Source of the DNA: an uncultured Spirochaetota bacterium
GTDB lineage: Bacteria > Spirochaetota > Spirochaetia > SZUA-6 > Fen-1364
DNA: 64,000 bases
Assembly (NCBI GenBank): GCA_963734545.1
Contig: CAVTHO010000008.1
Coordinates: 812,643-876,642 of the forward strand
Direction: 5' to 3'
Below the pieces are notes generated by a model. That model was not told the DNA's origin, searched no databases, and saw nothing but the letters and a program-made list of their open reading frames with translations. A program made the translations under genes and the position numbers. Shown here one piece after another: positions 50,324-60,903 of this stretch (position 1 is its first letter; the number at the start of each line of letters is the position of its first letter).

Positions 50324-50786
50324 TGCGAGAGACTCTTCGAGCCCGGGTGTCGACATCCTGCTCGTAGAGGACAATCCTTATGATGGGGATCTGACCCTCC
50401 GCGTGCTGAAGCAGAACAACCTTGCCAACCGCTTCGTGTGGGTGCAGGACGGGTCAGCCGCGCTCGAGCTCCTCCTGCCCGATCCGGGATCAGGGAAGCG
50501 CTGTCCCGACCCTCTTCCCCTGCTGATCCTGCTTGATCTGAAACTCCCCAAGGTGGACGGGCACGAGGTCCTCCGCCGACTGAAGGGAGATCCCCGAACA
50601 AGGACCGTGCCGGTCGTGGTCATGACTTCCTCCAGCGAGGAGGTCGACATCCTGAAGACGTACGACCTGGGAGCAAACAGCTACATCGTGAAGCCTGTTG
50701 ACTTCCAAAAGTTCGCGGAAGCGGTGCGACAGTTGAGCATGTACTGGCTCCTTTTGAATCAACCGCCGGGCAAAGCGGACCGCTGA
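50316..50786 (+). CDS. Single-domain response regulator (Rcp1-like)
   Basis: LLVEDN, LLDLKLPKVDG, GANSYIVKPVDF, YWL. Confidence 0.92.
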   Translation: MSDARDSSSPGVDILLVEDNPYDGDLTLRVLKQNNLANRFVWVQDGSAALELLLPDPGSGKRCPDPLPLLILLDLKLPKVDGHEVLRRLKGDPRTRTVPVVVMTSSSEEVDILKTYDLGANSYIVKPVDFQKFAEAVRQLSMYWLLLNQPPGKADR

Positions 50787-50858
50787 GAGGGGGGCCCGCG
50801 CGACGCGCGCAATCTGCAGCTTGAGTCGCGGGCCCGGCGGTGCGATACTGCTGCGCAG

Positions 50859-53312
50859 ATGGCGGCCAATCGGAAGAAGACGTCCCGGACAGGCTCGAAC
50901 GACCAGCTTCTCTCATACGAGGAGAAGCGCTTCCAGAGCATCTTTCAACACTCGGCGGTCTCACTCTGGGAGGAGGACATCTCCGCGCTTCGTGGCGCCC
51001 TGGATGCGCTGCGTGCGCGCGGCGTCGTCGACCTGCGGAAGTACCTCGACGAGCACCCGGAGTTCCTGACCGAGGCGGCGCGGATGATCACCGTGATCAA
51101 CGTCAACGAGGCCACCCTGGCGCTCTACGAGGTGGCCGACTCCCGGCAGCTCCTGGGTCCGCTGGATCGGACGCTCGACATGGAGGACCCGGTGACGCGC
51201 GCGTCTCTCCGGGACGATGTCCTCCTGATTGCGGAGGGAGGAACAAGTGCGGAGAGGGAATCCAAGGCCACCACCCCCTCCGGCCGGAAGCTCGACATCG
51301 TCATCAAGCTGTCCATCCCCGGCCGGCACGACCCCTACCCCCACATGCTCGTGAATGTCCTGGATATCACCCAGCGCAAGCACGCCGAAGCGGAGCTGCA
51401 CAGGTCCCGCCAGCTCCTGCAGCTTGTGCTCGATCACGCGCCGCAGCGCGTCTTCTGGAAGGACAGGAGCCTTCACTACCTGGGATGCAACCGGCTCTTC
51501 GCGCAGGACGCCGGCCTGTCCGACCCGGCAGAGATCGTGGGCAAGAGCGACCTGGAGCTCTCGTGGCGCAGCACCGCGGAAAGGTACCGCGCGGACGACG
51601 CATTGGTGATCTCGACCGGCGTTCCGAAGGTCAACTACGAAGAGCCCCAGACCCGCGAAGACGGGAGCCTCCTGTGGCTCCGGACGAGCAAGGTCCCGCT
51701 GCGGGAACAGGACGGACGGGTGTTCGGAGTCCTCGGCACCTATGAGGACATCACCGACCACAGACGCTCCGAGGAGGCCCTGCGGGAGAGTGAGGACCGC
51801 TACAGGACCCTGGTGGAGAATCTCGGGGAAGGCATCGCGATTGTGGACCCCGAGGAGAACTTCCTCTTCGCGAATCCTGCGGCGGAAAAGGTGTTCGGCG
51901 TCGCCCGCGGAGGCCTGACGGGACAAACACTGAGAAGGTTCATGAGCGAAGAGGAGTACCAGCGCACGCGCGTGGAGACGGGAAAGCGCCGGCTCGGCGA
52001 GAGATCCATGTACGAGCAGGAGATCATCCGGCCGGACGGGACGGTGCGCCGTATCGAGCTGACCGCGACTCCCCAGTTCGACAAGGAGGGCGGCTTTTCT
52101 CATACCCTTGGGATCTTTCACGACATTACCGACGAGCGGCGGACCGAGGAGGCCCTGCGGAAGAGTGAAGAAAGGCTCGTGCAGGCCCAGAAGCTGGAGG
52201 CTGTCGGCCGTCTTGCCGGGGGCGTGGCCCACGATTTCAACAATCTGCTCACCGTCATCCGCGGCTACGCCGACCTCCTCGATCAGCAGCTCCACGAGAC
52301 TCATCCGATGAAGGGCGATGCGAGGGAAATCAAGAGGGCCGCCGACCGGGCAGCGGACCTGACCGCGCAGCTCCTCGCTTTCAGCAGGGCGCAGGTGATG
52401 CGGCCGCGCATCCTCGACCTGAACGAGGTGGTGCGCGGGATGCTGAGCATGATCGGCCGCCTGATCGGGGAGGACATCGAGCTGCGCACGATCCTGGCGC
52501 CCGGCCTCGCGGCCATCAGGGCGGACCAGGGCCAGCTCGAGCAGGTGACGATGAACCTCGCGGCCAACGCCCGCGACGCAATGCCCGGCGGCGGCATTCT
52601 CACCATCACAACGTCCATATGCTCGTTCGGCGCCGGGGGGACGCCGGGGCACGCGGAGATGATTCCGGGCGAATACGTCACCCTCGAAGTGTCCGATACG
52701 GGCGTGGGGATCGACCGTGAGACTCTGGCCAGGATCTTCGAGCCCTTCTTCACCACCAAGGAAGTGGGGCGCGGGACCGGGCTGGGCCTCGCCACCGTGT
52801 ATGGCATCGTCAAGCAGAGCGGCGGATACATCTACTGCGCGAGCCAGCCGGGAGCCGGGACGACCTTCACCGTGTATCTTCCCCGAGTCAGCGAGGCAGT
52901 TCCGGCGAAGTCGACCACAGTGGAAGCCCGTTCCCGGCCGGGAAGCGAATCGGTGCTCGTGGTCGAGGACGAAGAGGCGATCTGCAACTTCATCCTCTCC
53001 ATCCTCAGCAGGAACGGCTACGCCGTCACCGGCGCCCGCAACGGCCTCGAGGCCATGTCGATATTCTCTTCCCGGCCCGGCGGCTTCCAGCTCGTCCTGG
53101 CGGACGTTGTGATGCCCCGCATGAGCGGCATCGAGCTCGGCCACCGGATCGCGGAGGCGGACCGGGGCGTGAAGGTCCTGTACATGACCGGGTACTCGAA
53201 ACATGCCCTTGTGCAGGCGGATTCTCCGGAGGGCGGCCTCGATATCCTGCGCAAGCCGTTCACGGCGGAGCAGCTTCTCAAGAAGGTCCGCGAGGTGCTC
53301 GACGCGGGCTGA
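50859..53312 (+). CDS. Cytoplasmic multi-PAS hybrid histidine kinase/receiver
   Basis: Three PAS/PAC units ending in [20 protein letters not shown]-terminal receiver. Confidence 0.92.
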   Translation: MAANRKKTSRTGSNDQLLSYEEKRFQSIFQHSAVSLWEEDISALRGALDALRARGVVDLRKYLDEHPEFLTEAARMITVINVNEATLALYEVADSRQLLGPLDRTLDMEDPVTRASLRDDVLLIAEGGTSAERESKATTPSGRKLDIVIKLSIPGRHDPYPHMLVNVLDITQRKHAEAELHRSRQLLQLVLDHAPQRVFWKDRSLHYLGCNRLFAQDAGLSDPAEIVGKSDLELSWRSTAERYRADDALVISTGVPKVNYEEPQTREDGSLLWLRTSKVPLREQDGRVFGVLGTYEDITDHRRSEEALRESEDRYRTLVENLGEGIAIVDPEENFLFANPAAEKVFGVARGGLTGQTLRRFMSEEEYQRTRVETGKRRLGERSMYEQEIIRPDGTVRRIELTATPQFDKEGGFSHTLGIFHDITDERRTEEALRKSEERLVQAQKLEAVGRLAGGVAHDFNNLLTVIRGYADLLDQQLHETHPMKGDAREIKRAADRAADLTAQLLAFSRAQVMRPRILDLNEVVRGMLSMIGRLIGEDIELRTILAPGLAAIRADQGQLEQVTMNLAANARDAMPGGGILTITTSICSFGAGGTPGHAEMIPGEYVTLEVSDTGVGIDRETLARIFEPFFTTKEVGRGTGLGLATVYGIVKQSGGYIYCASQPGAGTTFTVYLPRVSEAVPAKSTTVEARSRPGSESVLVVEDEEAICNFILSILSRNGYAVTGARNGLEAMSIFSSRPGGFQLVLADVVMPRMSGIELGHRIAEADRGVKVLYMTGYSKHALVQADSPEGGLDILRKPFTAEQLLKKVREVLDAG

Positions 53313-53344
53313 GGGGTGTCACGCGCTCGTTCCGCCGAATGCGG

Positions 53345-53863
53345 CTATTGGGCCAGCAGAGGCTTCAGCATTGCCTCGAACTGGTCCCCTCTCCGGGACC
53401 CGACCACGGTGCCGGCAATCAGGCCTTTTTTATCGATGAGAATGGTAGTCGGGAAAGCGCTGATCTTCCCATACTTGTACATCAGGTCATATGAGCCCCA
53501 GATGACGGGATAGTTGATCTTGTAGTCTTTATAGAATTGCTCAACTGGCGCCTCGGCGGAAAACATTGTGGCTCCAATGACCACCAGCTTGTCCTTGAAA
53601 GCGGCCTGGAGCTTTTCAAGCGCCGGGACCTCGGTCCTGCAGGGCGGACACCACGGCCCCCAGAAATTGAGCATGACGACTTTCCCCCGATAACTGTTCA
53701 GGGAAATTGTTTCTGTATCGTGGATGTCCCTCTCGGCGAAATCAGGAGCGACACGCAAGGCCGCGGGCTGCCCGCTGCCAGCCTGATCTCCCGTCGGACC
53801 TTTATTGGCGCACGCGATCGCCGAGAGAACCAGGATCGCCACGGACAGATATCTTAGCCGCAT
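53345..53863 (-). CDS. TlpA/ResA-family thiol-disulfide oxidoreductase lipoprotein
   Basis: Lipobox AIAC, APDF, NFWGPWCPPC, FPTT; start ATG 53863. Confidence 0.9.
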   Translation of the reverse strand: MRLRYLSVAILVLSAIACANKGPTGDQAGSGQPAALRVAPDFAERDIHDTETISLNSYRGKVVMLNFWGPWCPPCRTEVPALEKLQAAFKDKLVVIGATMFSAEAPVEQFYKDYKINYPVIWGSYDLMYKYGKISAFPTTILIDKKGLIAGTVVGSRRGDQFEAMLKPLLAQ

Positions 53864-53919
53864 AATGGAAAATACGCTTTCCGCATCGATTAGCAAACTC
53901 GATTTTCCAAGCCGGCTCG

Positions 53920-53948
53920 TTGCCGGGCTGTTAGGTTGGGTGTATAAT
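53920..53948 (+). promoter_or_regulatory. Sigma-70 promoter
   Basis: TTGCCG-17-TATAAT. Confidence 0.6.
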
Positions 53949-54006
53949 CCCTGCCGCTTGAAAGATACATAACGTCATCTGAATCAGGAAAGGTCAGGGT
54001 GCCACG

Positions 54007-56058
54007 ATGTCAAGAAAGGCCCTCCTCACCGGTCTGATCCTCATCGGGTTGAGCATGTCGGCCGCGGCCCAGGACGGGAGCGGCTTCACCCTTTCACTGG
54101 ACCCCGCCGTCACTTTCCCGTTCCCCGGCAGCGCCAGCGCGTCGAGCTTCTCAACAGGGTTCCAGGGATCCGTCAACGCCGACTATGTCTTCCCGTCGAT
54201 CCCGTACCTGATTGTCGGAGGTTCCTTCGACTATGGGTATGCGCCCGGGACGACCTGGGTTCTCAGCAGCCTCGGGCTGAGCGCCGGCCCCGGGTTGCGG
54301 CTGAGACTCCTGCCCACCCTTTCCGCGATACTGTACGGACGCGGCGGATACATGTTCGGGATGCTCGGGCAGGCCTCGGCGGCCAATCCGTACGTGCGCA
54401 CGGGAGTCGACATGAGCCTGTACCTCGGGCCGACCTTTCGGCTGAGCGTCGGCGGCGAGTATGTGCACCAGTTCGCCGCCTCCCAGGCCCAGTACCAGGG
54501 TCTGGCTGCGCGGCTTTCCATCGGTTACAACTTCAGCCAGGTGAACCGGCGCTCGCGGGTGGAAATCCGTGATATCACCATCGACCCCGTGTTTCCCGTC
54601 TTCTACAAATTCTACAATGACAACAAGGTGGGGTCGGCCAGGATAAGAAACGGCGAGGACGGGCCCGTACGCAATGTCAAAGTCACTTTCTTCGTCAAGC
54701 AGTACATGGACGCGCCCAAGGAGTGCGCCATCATACCGGAGCTCAAGCAGGGCGAAGTGCGGGAGGTGCCGCTGTACGCTCTCTTTACCCGGTCCATCCT
54801 TTCCGTGCTCGAGCCCACCAAGGCCCAGGCCTCCATAGAGGTGAGCTATTCCTACGTGGAAAGCCAACGGGACGCCAGCGCCGTTTCCGTTGCAGCGATC
54901 AATCACAGGAACGGGATGACCTGGGACGACGATCGTCACGTGGCGAGCTTTGCCACGGTAAACGACCCGGCGGTGCTGTCCATCGCCAAACAGGCCGCCG
55001 GAATTGCGCGGGGTTCCGGCTTCGAGTCCTTTGATACGGCCTTCCGGCAGGCAGTCGGGGTCTTCGAGGAGATGGGGCTTTTCGGACTGCGCTACGTTCC
55101 CGACCCGAACCTGCCCTACTCGGAATCCTCCAAGAACGAGCTGGCCGTGGACTATCTCCAGTTTCCGATCCAGACTCTGCAATACAAGTCGGGGGATTGC
55201 GATGATCTGTCGATTCTCTACGCGGCCATGCTCGAGGCGGGCGGCGTGGAGAGCGCCTTCATCACGGCGCCCGGTCATATCTACGGGGCGTTCGCCCTGG
55301 GCATGAAGCCCGAGAAGGCGCTCGCGTTCTTCAGCCGGCCCGAGGACTTCATCGTGATCGACGGCAAGGTATGGGTTCCGGTCGAGATCACTCTCGTCCA
55401 GGAAGGCTTCCTGCGCGCCTGGCAGATCGGCGCCCGGGAGTGGAGGGATGCCTCCGCTTCAGGCCAGGCAAAGTTCTATGCCACCCACGACGCATGGAAG
55501 CTCTACGAGCCGGTGGCCATTTTCGGAAACGAACAGTCCGTGGAGCTGCCGAAGGCCGACAAGCTGGCTGACCGCTACACGGCCACGATGAAGGCTTTCA
55601 TCCAGAGGGAAATCGGTCCGCGGATCGACTCGCTCACCTCGGAGATCTCCGCCGCGCGCCAGGACCCGCGGCCCCTGAACAAGCTCGGCGTGCTTTACGC
55701 GCGCTACGACGTGTATGACAAGGCGGAGCAGACCTTCCGCGCCTCGCTCGCGCTGAAGGAGTCCCCGGCGGCATACACCAACCTCGGCAACGTGCTTCTC
55801 ATCAAGAACGATTTCACGGGCGCCCTGAAAGCGTACCAGAGCGGCCTGCGCCTGGCTCCCACCGATACGACCACCCTGCGCGGCCTGGTGCGCGCCACTT
55901 ACGAGCTGGACGACCGCGCCGCATCAGCCAGGTGGCTCGACAGACTGGCGCAGCTGGACAGACCCGCGGCAGACAGGCTGGCATACGTCAAGACAGGAGA
56001 AGCATCCAGCGCCCGGGCAGGCCAGGCGGGTCAGGAGGAAATGACATGGACGGAATGA
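54007..56058 (+). CDS. Exported protein: beta-barrel-like N-domain, transglutaminase-like domain and TPRs
   Basis: Signal peptide, amphipathic strands ending IGYNF, GDCDD / PGHIY / WVPVE, TPR motifs (NKLGVLY, YTNLGNV). Confidence 0.72.
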   Translation: MSRKALLTGLILIGLSMSAAAQDGSGFTLSLDPAVTFPFPGSASASSFSTGFQGSVNADYVFPSIPYLIVGGSFDYGYAPGTTWVLSSLGLSAGPGLRLRLLPTLSAILYGRGGYMFGMLGQASAANPYVRTGVDMSLYLGPTFRLSVGGEYVHQFAASQAQYQGLAARLSIGYNFSQVNRRSRVEIRDITIDPVFPVFYKFYNDNKVGSARIRNGEDGPVRNVKVTFFVKQYMDAPKECAIIPELKQGEVREVPLYALFTRSILSVLEPTKAQASIEVSYSYVESQRDASAVSVAAINHRNGMTWDDDRHVASFATVNDPAVLSIAKQAAGIARGSGFESFDTAFRQAVGVFEEMGLFGLRYVPDPNLPYSESSKNELAVDYLQFPIQTLQYKSGDCDDLSILYAAMLEAGGVESAFITAPGHIYGAFALGMKPEKALAFFSRPEDFIVIDGKVWVPVEITLVQEGFLRAWQIGAREWRDASASGQAKFYATHDAWKLYEPVAIFGNEQSVELPKADKLADRYTATMKAFIQREIGPRIDSLTSEISAARQDPRPLNKLGVLYARYDVYDKAEQTFRASLALKESPAAYTNLGNVLLIKNDFTGALKAYQSGLRLAPTDTTTLRGLVRATYELDDRAASARWLDRLAQLDRPAADRLAYVKTGEASSARAGQAGQEEMTWTE

Positions 56059-57866
56059 ATATGGGCACCCGGTCCGTCTTGCGGCGCGCTGCGGCGCGGC
56101 GCGCCGCCGCGGCCTTGTTCATCGCAGTCACGGCCCTCTTCCTGGCTCTTTCCTCCTGTTCAGACGCGCTGCTCGACGAGATGAGCCGGCTGGCAACAGA
56201 GGCGAACAAGCCGGAGATCTCCCCCCTCGACAAGACCATCATCACCGCGCATGAGACAATCACGCTCACGCTTGCGAATGCAGAGGTTGGCTCAACGATC
56301 CTGCTCCTGGGCAGCATCTGGCTGGCTGGCGCGCCACCGGCCTCGACGCTTGGGGCGGACAAAAAGATCGTATTGAACGGGGGCGCCCCCGCGGTTGCGT
56401 GGAAGGCCGGAACAGGCCTGACGCTGGGCGTGAGGGTCACCTCGGGCGGGCAGGAGACCACGTATACCTATACCTTTGACGTGTTCAAAGGTTCGTATGT
56501 GTCCAAGCATGACCTGCATGGCAACGTTACGAGTGATTCCAACGCCGGCACCTACCTCGCACCGAAGGCCACGATACAGGCGGGTATCGCCGTTGCGGCG
56601 AACCTTCATCCTGCCGTTCCCTCTGCGGTCAAGGTAGGAGAGGGGACATACTCTTCCGCGTACAATGGCGGGACCGGCACGGTCGCCGTGGACATGGTGG
56701 AGGGAGTTTCGATCTATGGCGGGTATTCCGACGGCACTTTTTCCCTGCGGGCCCCGTCAACCAACATCACTGCCATCCAGGATTCAACCTCCACCGCTGC
56801 CGGAGCAACTACGCTGAATACTCCGAACCGTGCAATCCGGGCTGCGACAGGGATTACAGGAGCCACGATCATCGACGGCTTTACGATCACCGCAGGAACA
56901 GCGGGCAACTTCGGGACCGGCCTCTTGTGCGACGCCGCGTCCCCGACTGTCCGCGCCTGCACGATCAACGGAATGGCCACCTCTGGCGCCAGCCAGTCAT
57001 TTGGCGTTCTGTGCATCAATGCTGCCTCACCTGAGATCATTGGCAGCACGATAAGCGGCGGGGAGAAGAACACGAGCGCGGGAGTCTATTCTGTCTCCTC
57101 GAGTCCGTCGATCCACGACTCGACGGTCACGGGAGGCATCGCCCCGGGGACGTCGTATGGCATCTATTCGAGCAATTCCGCCTCCAAGATTTACAACTGC
57201 ACTGTTTTCGCGAGCACGACAGCCTTCTATGCGTACGGGATCTATGTGAATGGAACCGGCCCGGCGGAGATCTATAATTGCCTTATCTCGGGTGGTACCG
57301 GAACACGACCGGTACCGTAGCGACAAATGGCTCCGCATACGGAATCTACTGCAATGCCTCCGCCCCGATCATCAAGAACAACACCATAGACTGCGGCAAT
57401 CTCTCCATCGCCGGGACGGTAAATCCTGCCTGCATATACCTCAGCAACTCGGCCTCTTCGGCGCCCTTGATCGAGAACAATATTCTTTTTGCGGCGGAAT
57501 TCATCTATCGGCTATGGGATCTACGAGGCAGGAGCGTCGGGGGACCCGGCAACGATCAAGAACAACGATTTCGTCAACATCGGCAGCGGGCTGTACTTCG
57601 ACGAAGGCACCACTGCCGTCACGCTGATCGCGACAATAAATGCGATGTCGACCGCAACGAACACGAACCTGAATGCCGATCCGCTCTTTGTCAATCAGCT
57701 GAGCAACGATTGGCACCTGACTGCCTCCTCCCCGGCGAAGGGAAGCGGTCTCGATCTTTCAGGGGAAGCGGATTTTCCGTCAAACTCCGGCGGCGTCAAG
57801 GTAGACAGATCGGGTAGCACAATTCGAACATTACCCTGGTCCATTGGAGCGTATGAGCTGGACTAG
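56055..57866 (+). CDS. Surface lipoprotein with right-handed beta-helix repeats (two apparent frameshifts, ~57303 and ~57497)
   Basis: Lipobox LSSC, P.ATIQAGI, IYGGY, IDGFTI, repeated YGIY/SP.I.N..I units, DPLFV..DWHL..SP, SIGAYE. Confidence 0.75.
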
Positions 57867-57893
57867 GGCAAGAATCATCGAAAGGGGGGACAA

Positions 57894-59975
57894 ATGTCGG
57901 TAGTCGTGGGAAGCGCTGCTCCTGACATGGCTTTGAAGAATTCTGCAGATGGACAGCCGTTGAGCTTCAAAGAATTGGATTATCCAAACAAGGTGATCCT
58001 GCTGAGCTTCATTGAGATCAAGAGCGCGAGTGACGTGTATTTCCAGAACCTTCTTGAGCTCAGGATCACGGATCCGGGCATTCAAAAAATCGCGGTCTTC
58101 TATTCAGGAAACGACCAGGGCGAGACCTTCCCTTCGTCCGGCCCGCTGGCAACTCCTTACGATCTTAGCAGCATGCAGGCGTGGATTCAGGCGAAAGCGA
58201 ACTACTACACCATCAACCAGAACGCCAACTCTATTTGGCTCTACCTCGATTCGGCATTTATCGGCAGCGGCCCGGCGGCATATCTCGCTGATTTCGCTCA
58301 GCGAACCCCGGCCCTTTTTGTCCTGAACACCGGGCATGAGGTCGTGGATGCTTTTTGCAGCGCAAGCACCGATAACGGGAATACAAAGCCGCCTATCGGC
58401 TCCAACTGGAGCAGCAACGATTTGATCAATCTGGACTGGGCCACGATTGCGAACCCGGCCAGTCCCGGCGCGCCGTGGCCGGCAGATCCAAACATGCCTC
58501 TGGTGGATAAGATCGCGAGCTATGCGGCGCAAAGGATCCAGGACCTCCTGAACACGAATCCTGTCGTGCAAGTTGGAAACGTGAACGGTACATGGGTGAC
58601 GGATTCCTCGATTCTCACCTTCTCATTTCGTGGAAAGGTCGCTCCGAACTACTACGCAAAAAAAGCCCGCGGCGCCATGAATCCCGGCAACTATCTCCTT
58701 GATGCGACCCCGGGCCTCTTTCAGTCGATTGGGCCTGCGCAGTTGCTTAACGTGAGCCAGTATCTGAACAATGCGGTCGGTGAAGTGCGAACCGCCGCGT
58801 TGCAAGGCAACATCACCGCCACGCTCACGGGGCAGAAGCCGACGTTGTCACTTGACGCAGCCCAGCTCGTCGATCTGAACGGTATTGCCTTTCAGCTCGA
58901 ACCTGCCGGTCCCCAATATGAGGTTCTTGCGAACGGCCCGATCGGATATCTTAGGGACAACCTGGAGGTGGATTTCGGCTATCCCCACAACGGAGCGCTC
59001 GCCTCCAGTCCGGACATCGTTCTCAAGCAGGCAGCGGTTGCGAATCCCCAGGCTGATCTTGGCGATACGAACCAGAACGTCTATGCCCTCTCGGACAACG
59101 CGGAGTACGGTCAGCGAAACTATGTGTATGTGCGCGCATACAACCGCGGGGCCGCGCCAGTGCCAGCAGGGACCGTGACAGGAACGGCGTATTGGGCTGA
59201 TGGCAGCACAATTCTTCTTCCCAACAGCTGGAATCCAATCGGGTCCAGCGTTTTCAACACGGTCATCGATCCCGCGCGGGGCAGGCTGGTTGTCGCTCCC
59301 GCAATCAATTTCGACAACGTGCCCGTGCCGGGACACTACTGCTTCATCGCAACCCTCGTCAGCGGAAGCGAAACCCCAGACCAGTACAGGAATACGCTTG
59401 CTTCCCAGATCACGAGCGTCTCCGACTACTATAACGTCATCCGAACGGAATACAGGACGACCTGGCGCAACTTCAACGTGGTCGACCTGGTCCAGCCTCC
59501 CCCGCCCCCACCGGCGCCGCCTCCTCCGAGCCCAGGCCCCCGGTCTCGGCCGCTCTGGTTTTTCTTCCCGGGGCTGCCAGGAAAAAAGGACTCCCGCTTC
59601 CAGCTGCAGGTCATTGCGCGCCTGACTTATGGGGGGCCGATGCCGGCCCCCAAGCACTGGCTGGCCGAAATGGCGGTTCACATCGACCTGCCTGACGAGA
59701 TGCTCCGCGTAATGCCCGGATGGGAGAAGCAGGAGCCGAAACATGAGAAGCTTGCCGGATATGCCAGATTCCCGATGAAGCCGAACGAGTCAAAGCTCTT
59801 CCCGGCCGCGACTCTCACGGCAAAGCACAAACCGAGGATCTGGATCCATGTGCCGGTTCCAGAGAAGCCGTACATGCGCAACAGCTCACTGGTCGTGCGG
59901 CATCTTTGGGAAGGGCGGGAGATCGGCCGCATGACCTGGATATTCCGGCCGATGAAGCCAGTGCCAAAGCGCTGA
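57894..59975 (+). CDS. Hypothetical multidomain protein (redoxin-like N-terminus, beta-sandwich C-part, Pro-rich linker)
   Basis: VGSAAPD..L N-terminus without CxxC; YLRDN..SSPDI..NYVYVRAYNRG..YWA..HYCFIA..WRN; PPPPPPAPPPPSP. Confidence 0.72.
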   Translation: MSVVVGSAAPDMALKNSADGQPLSFKELDYPNKVILLSFIEIKSASDVYFQNLLELRITDPGIQKIAVFYSGNDQGETFPSSGPLATPYDLSSMQAWIQAKANYYTINQNANSIWLYLDSAFIGSGPAAYLADFAQRTPALFVLNTGHEVVDAFCSASTDNGNTKPPIGSNWSSNDLINLDWATIANPASPGAPWPADPNMPLVDKIASYAAQRIQDLLNTNPVVQVGNVNGTWVTDSSILTFSFRGKVAPNYYAKKARGAMNPGNYLLDATPGLFQSIGPAQLLNVSQYLNNAVGEVRTAALQGNITATLTGQKPTLSLDAAQLVDLNGIAFQLEPAGPQYEVLANGPIGYLRDNLEVDFGYPHNGALASSPDIVLKQAAVANPQADLGDTNQNVYALSDNAEYGQRNYVYVRAYNRGAAPVPAGTVTGTAYWADGSTILLPNSWNPIGSSVFNTVIDPARGRLVVAPAINFDNVPVPGHYCFIATLVSGSETPDQYRNTLASQITSVSDYYNVIRTEYRTTWRNFNVVDLVQPPPPPPAPPPPSPGPRSRPLWFFFPGLPGKKDSRFQLQVIARLTYGGPMPAPKHWLAEMAVHIDLPDEMLRVMPGWEKQEPKHEKLAGYARFPMKPNESKLFPAATLTAKHKPRIWIHVPVPEKPYMRNSSLVVRHLWEGREIGRMTWIFRPMKPVPKR

Positions 59976-60054
59976 CGCCTCTGCGGCAAAGGAGATCACG
60001 CTGAAACAGGTGCCGGACGGCGAGCGGCCGGCACCCTCATTGTCGGAAACCGTT

Positions 60055-60903
60055 CTATCGCGCGATCGTCGGATACAACCGGGAGCCCACGGCCACGAGT
60101 AGCGCCGTGGCAAGCGCCAGGATGCCCAGGTCGGTCCCGACGCCGAAGGCACTCACGCCGCCGGAAAGCATGAGGGCGCGCAGCGCGTCCACCTGGTAGG
60201 TGAGCGGGTTGGCGTGGGAGATCACCTGCAGCCAGTGCGGCATAATCGAAATCGGGTAGATCGCATTGCTCGCGAAGAACAGCGGCATGGTCAGGATCTG
60301 CCCGATTCCCATGAATCGCTCGCGCGTCTTGACCAGGCACGCGATGACGAGGGAGAACGTGGAAAAGAACGCCGCGCCGAGCATCACGACGGCGACCACC
60401 CCGAGGAGAGAGAGAGGGTTCCAGTCCATCGACACCCCGAGGAGCACGGCCAGGAGGTAGACGATGAATCCCTGCGTGAGGCCCCGCAGGCCTGCCGAAA
60501 TCGCTTTTCCCAGGACGAGCGCAGATCTCGGGGTAGGGCTCACGAGGAACTTGTGCAGGATTCCCAGGTCCCGCTCCCAGATGATCGAGATGCCGTAAAA
60601 GATGGCGATAAAGAGCACGCTCTGGGACAGGATCCCCGGCGCCATGAAATCGATGTAGCGCATGCTCCCCGTGGGGATGGCGCGCACATGCGTAAAGACC
60701 TGGCCGAAGACAAGGAGCCAGAGCGCCGGCTGTATGGCGCGTGTGAGAAGCTCGGTCGGGTCGTGGAGGAGCTTCCGCGCCTCCATCCCGGCGATGGTGA
60801 GAGTCCTCCCGAAATAGCGCAGGAGCCAGGTGAGAGGGTCGGTGCGCAGCGGCAGCGGCTCAGCCGAGGCGGCGAGCAGACCTGCGCGTCCTTCTGGTTT
60901 CAC
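60055..60903 (-). CDS. ABC-2 type permease (DrrB-like)
   Basis: YIDFMAPGI, WERDLG, FFASNAIYP..MP.WLQ..NPLTY; GTG 60903 with SD AGGAGG. Confidence 0.9.
   Translation of the reverse strand: MKPEGRAGLLAASAEPLPLRTDPLTWLLRYFGRTLTIAGMEARKLLHDPTELLTRAIQPALWLLVFGQVFTHVRAIPTGSMRYIDFMAPGILSQSVLFIAIFYGISIIWERDLGILHKFLVSPTPRSALVLGKAISAGLRGLTQGFIVYLLAVLLGVSMDWNPLSLLGVVAVVMLGAAFFSTFSLVIACLVKTRERFMGIGQILTMPLFFASNAIYPISIMPHWLQVISHANPLTYQVDALRALMLSGGVSAFGVGTDLGILALATALLVAVGSRLYPTIAR

Noticed and set aside
59495-59545. C-rich low-complexity tract as a DNA repeat or contingency locus
   Set aside because: It encodes an in-frame poly-proline linker with varied codons.
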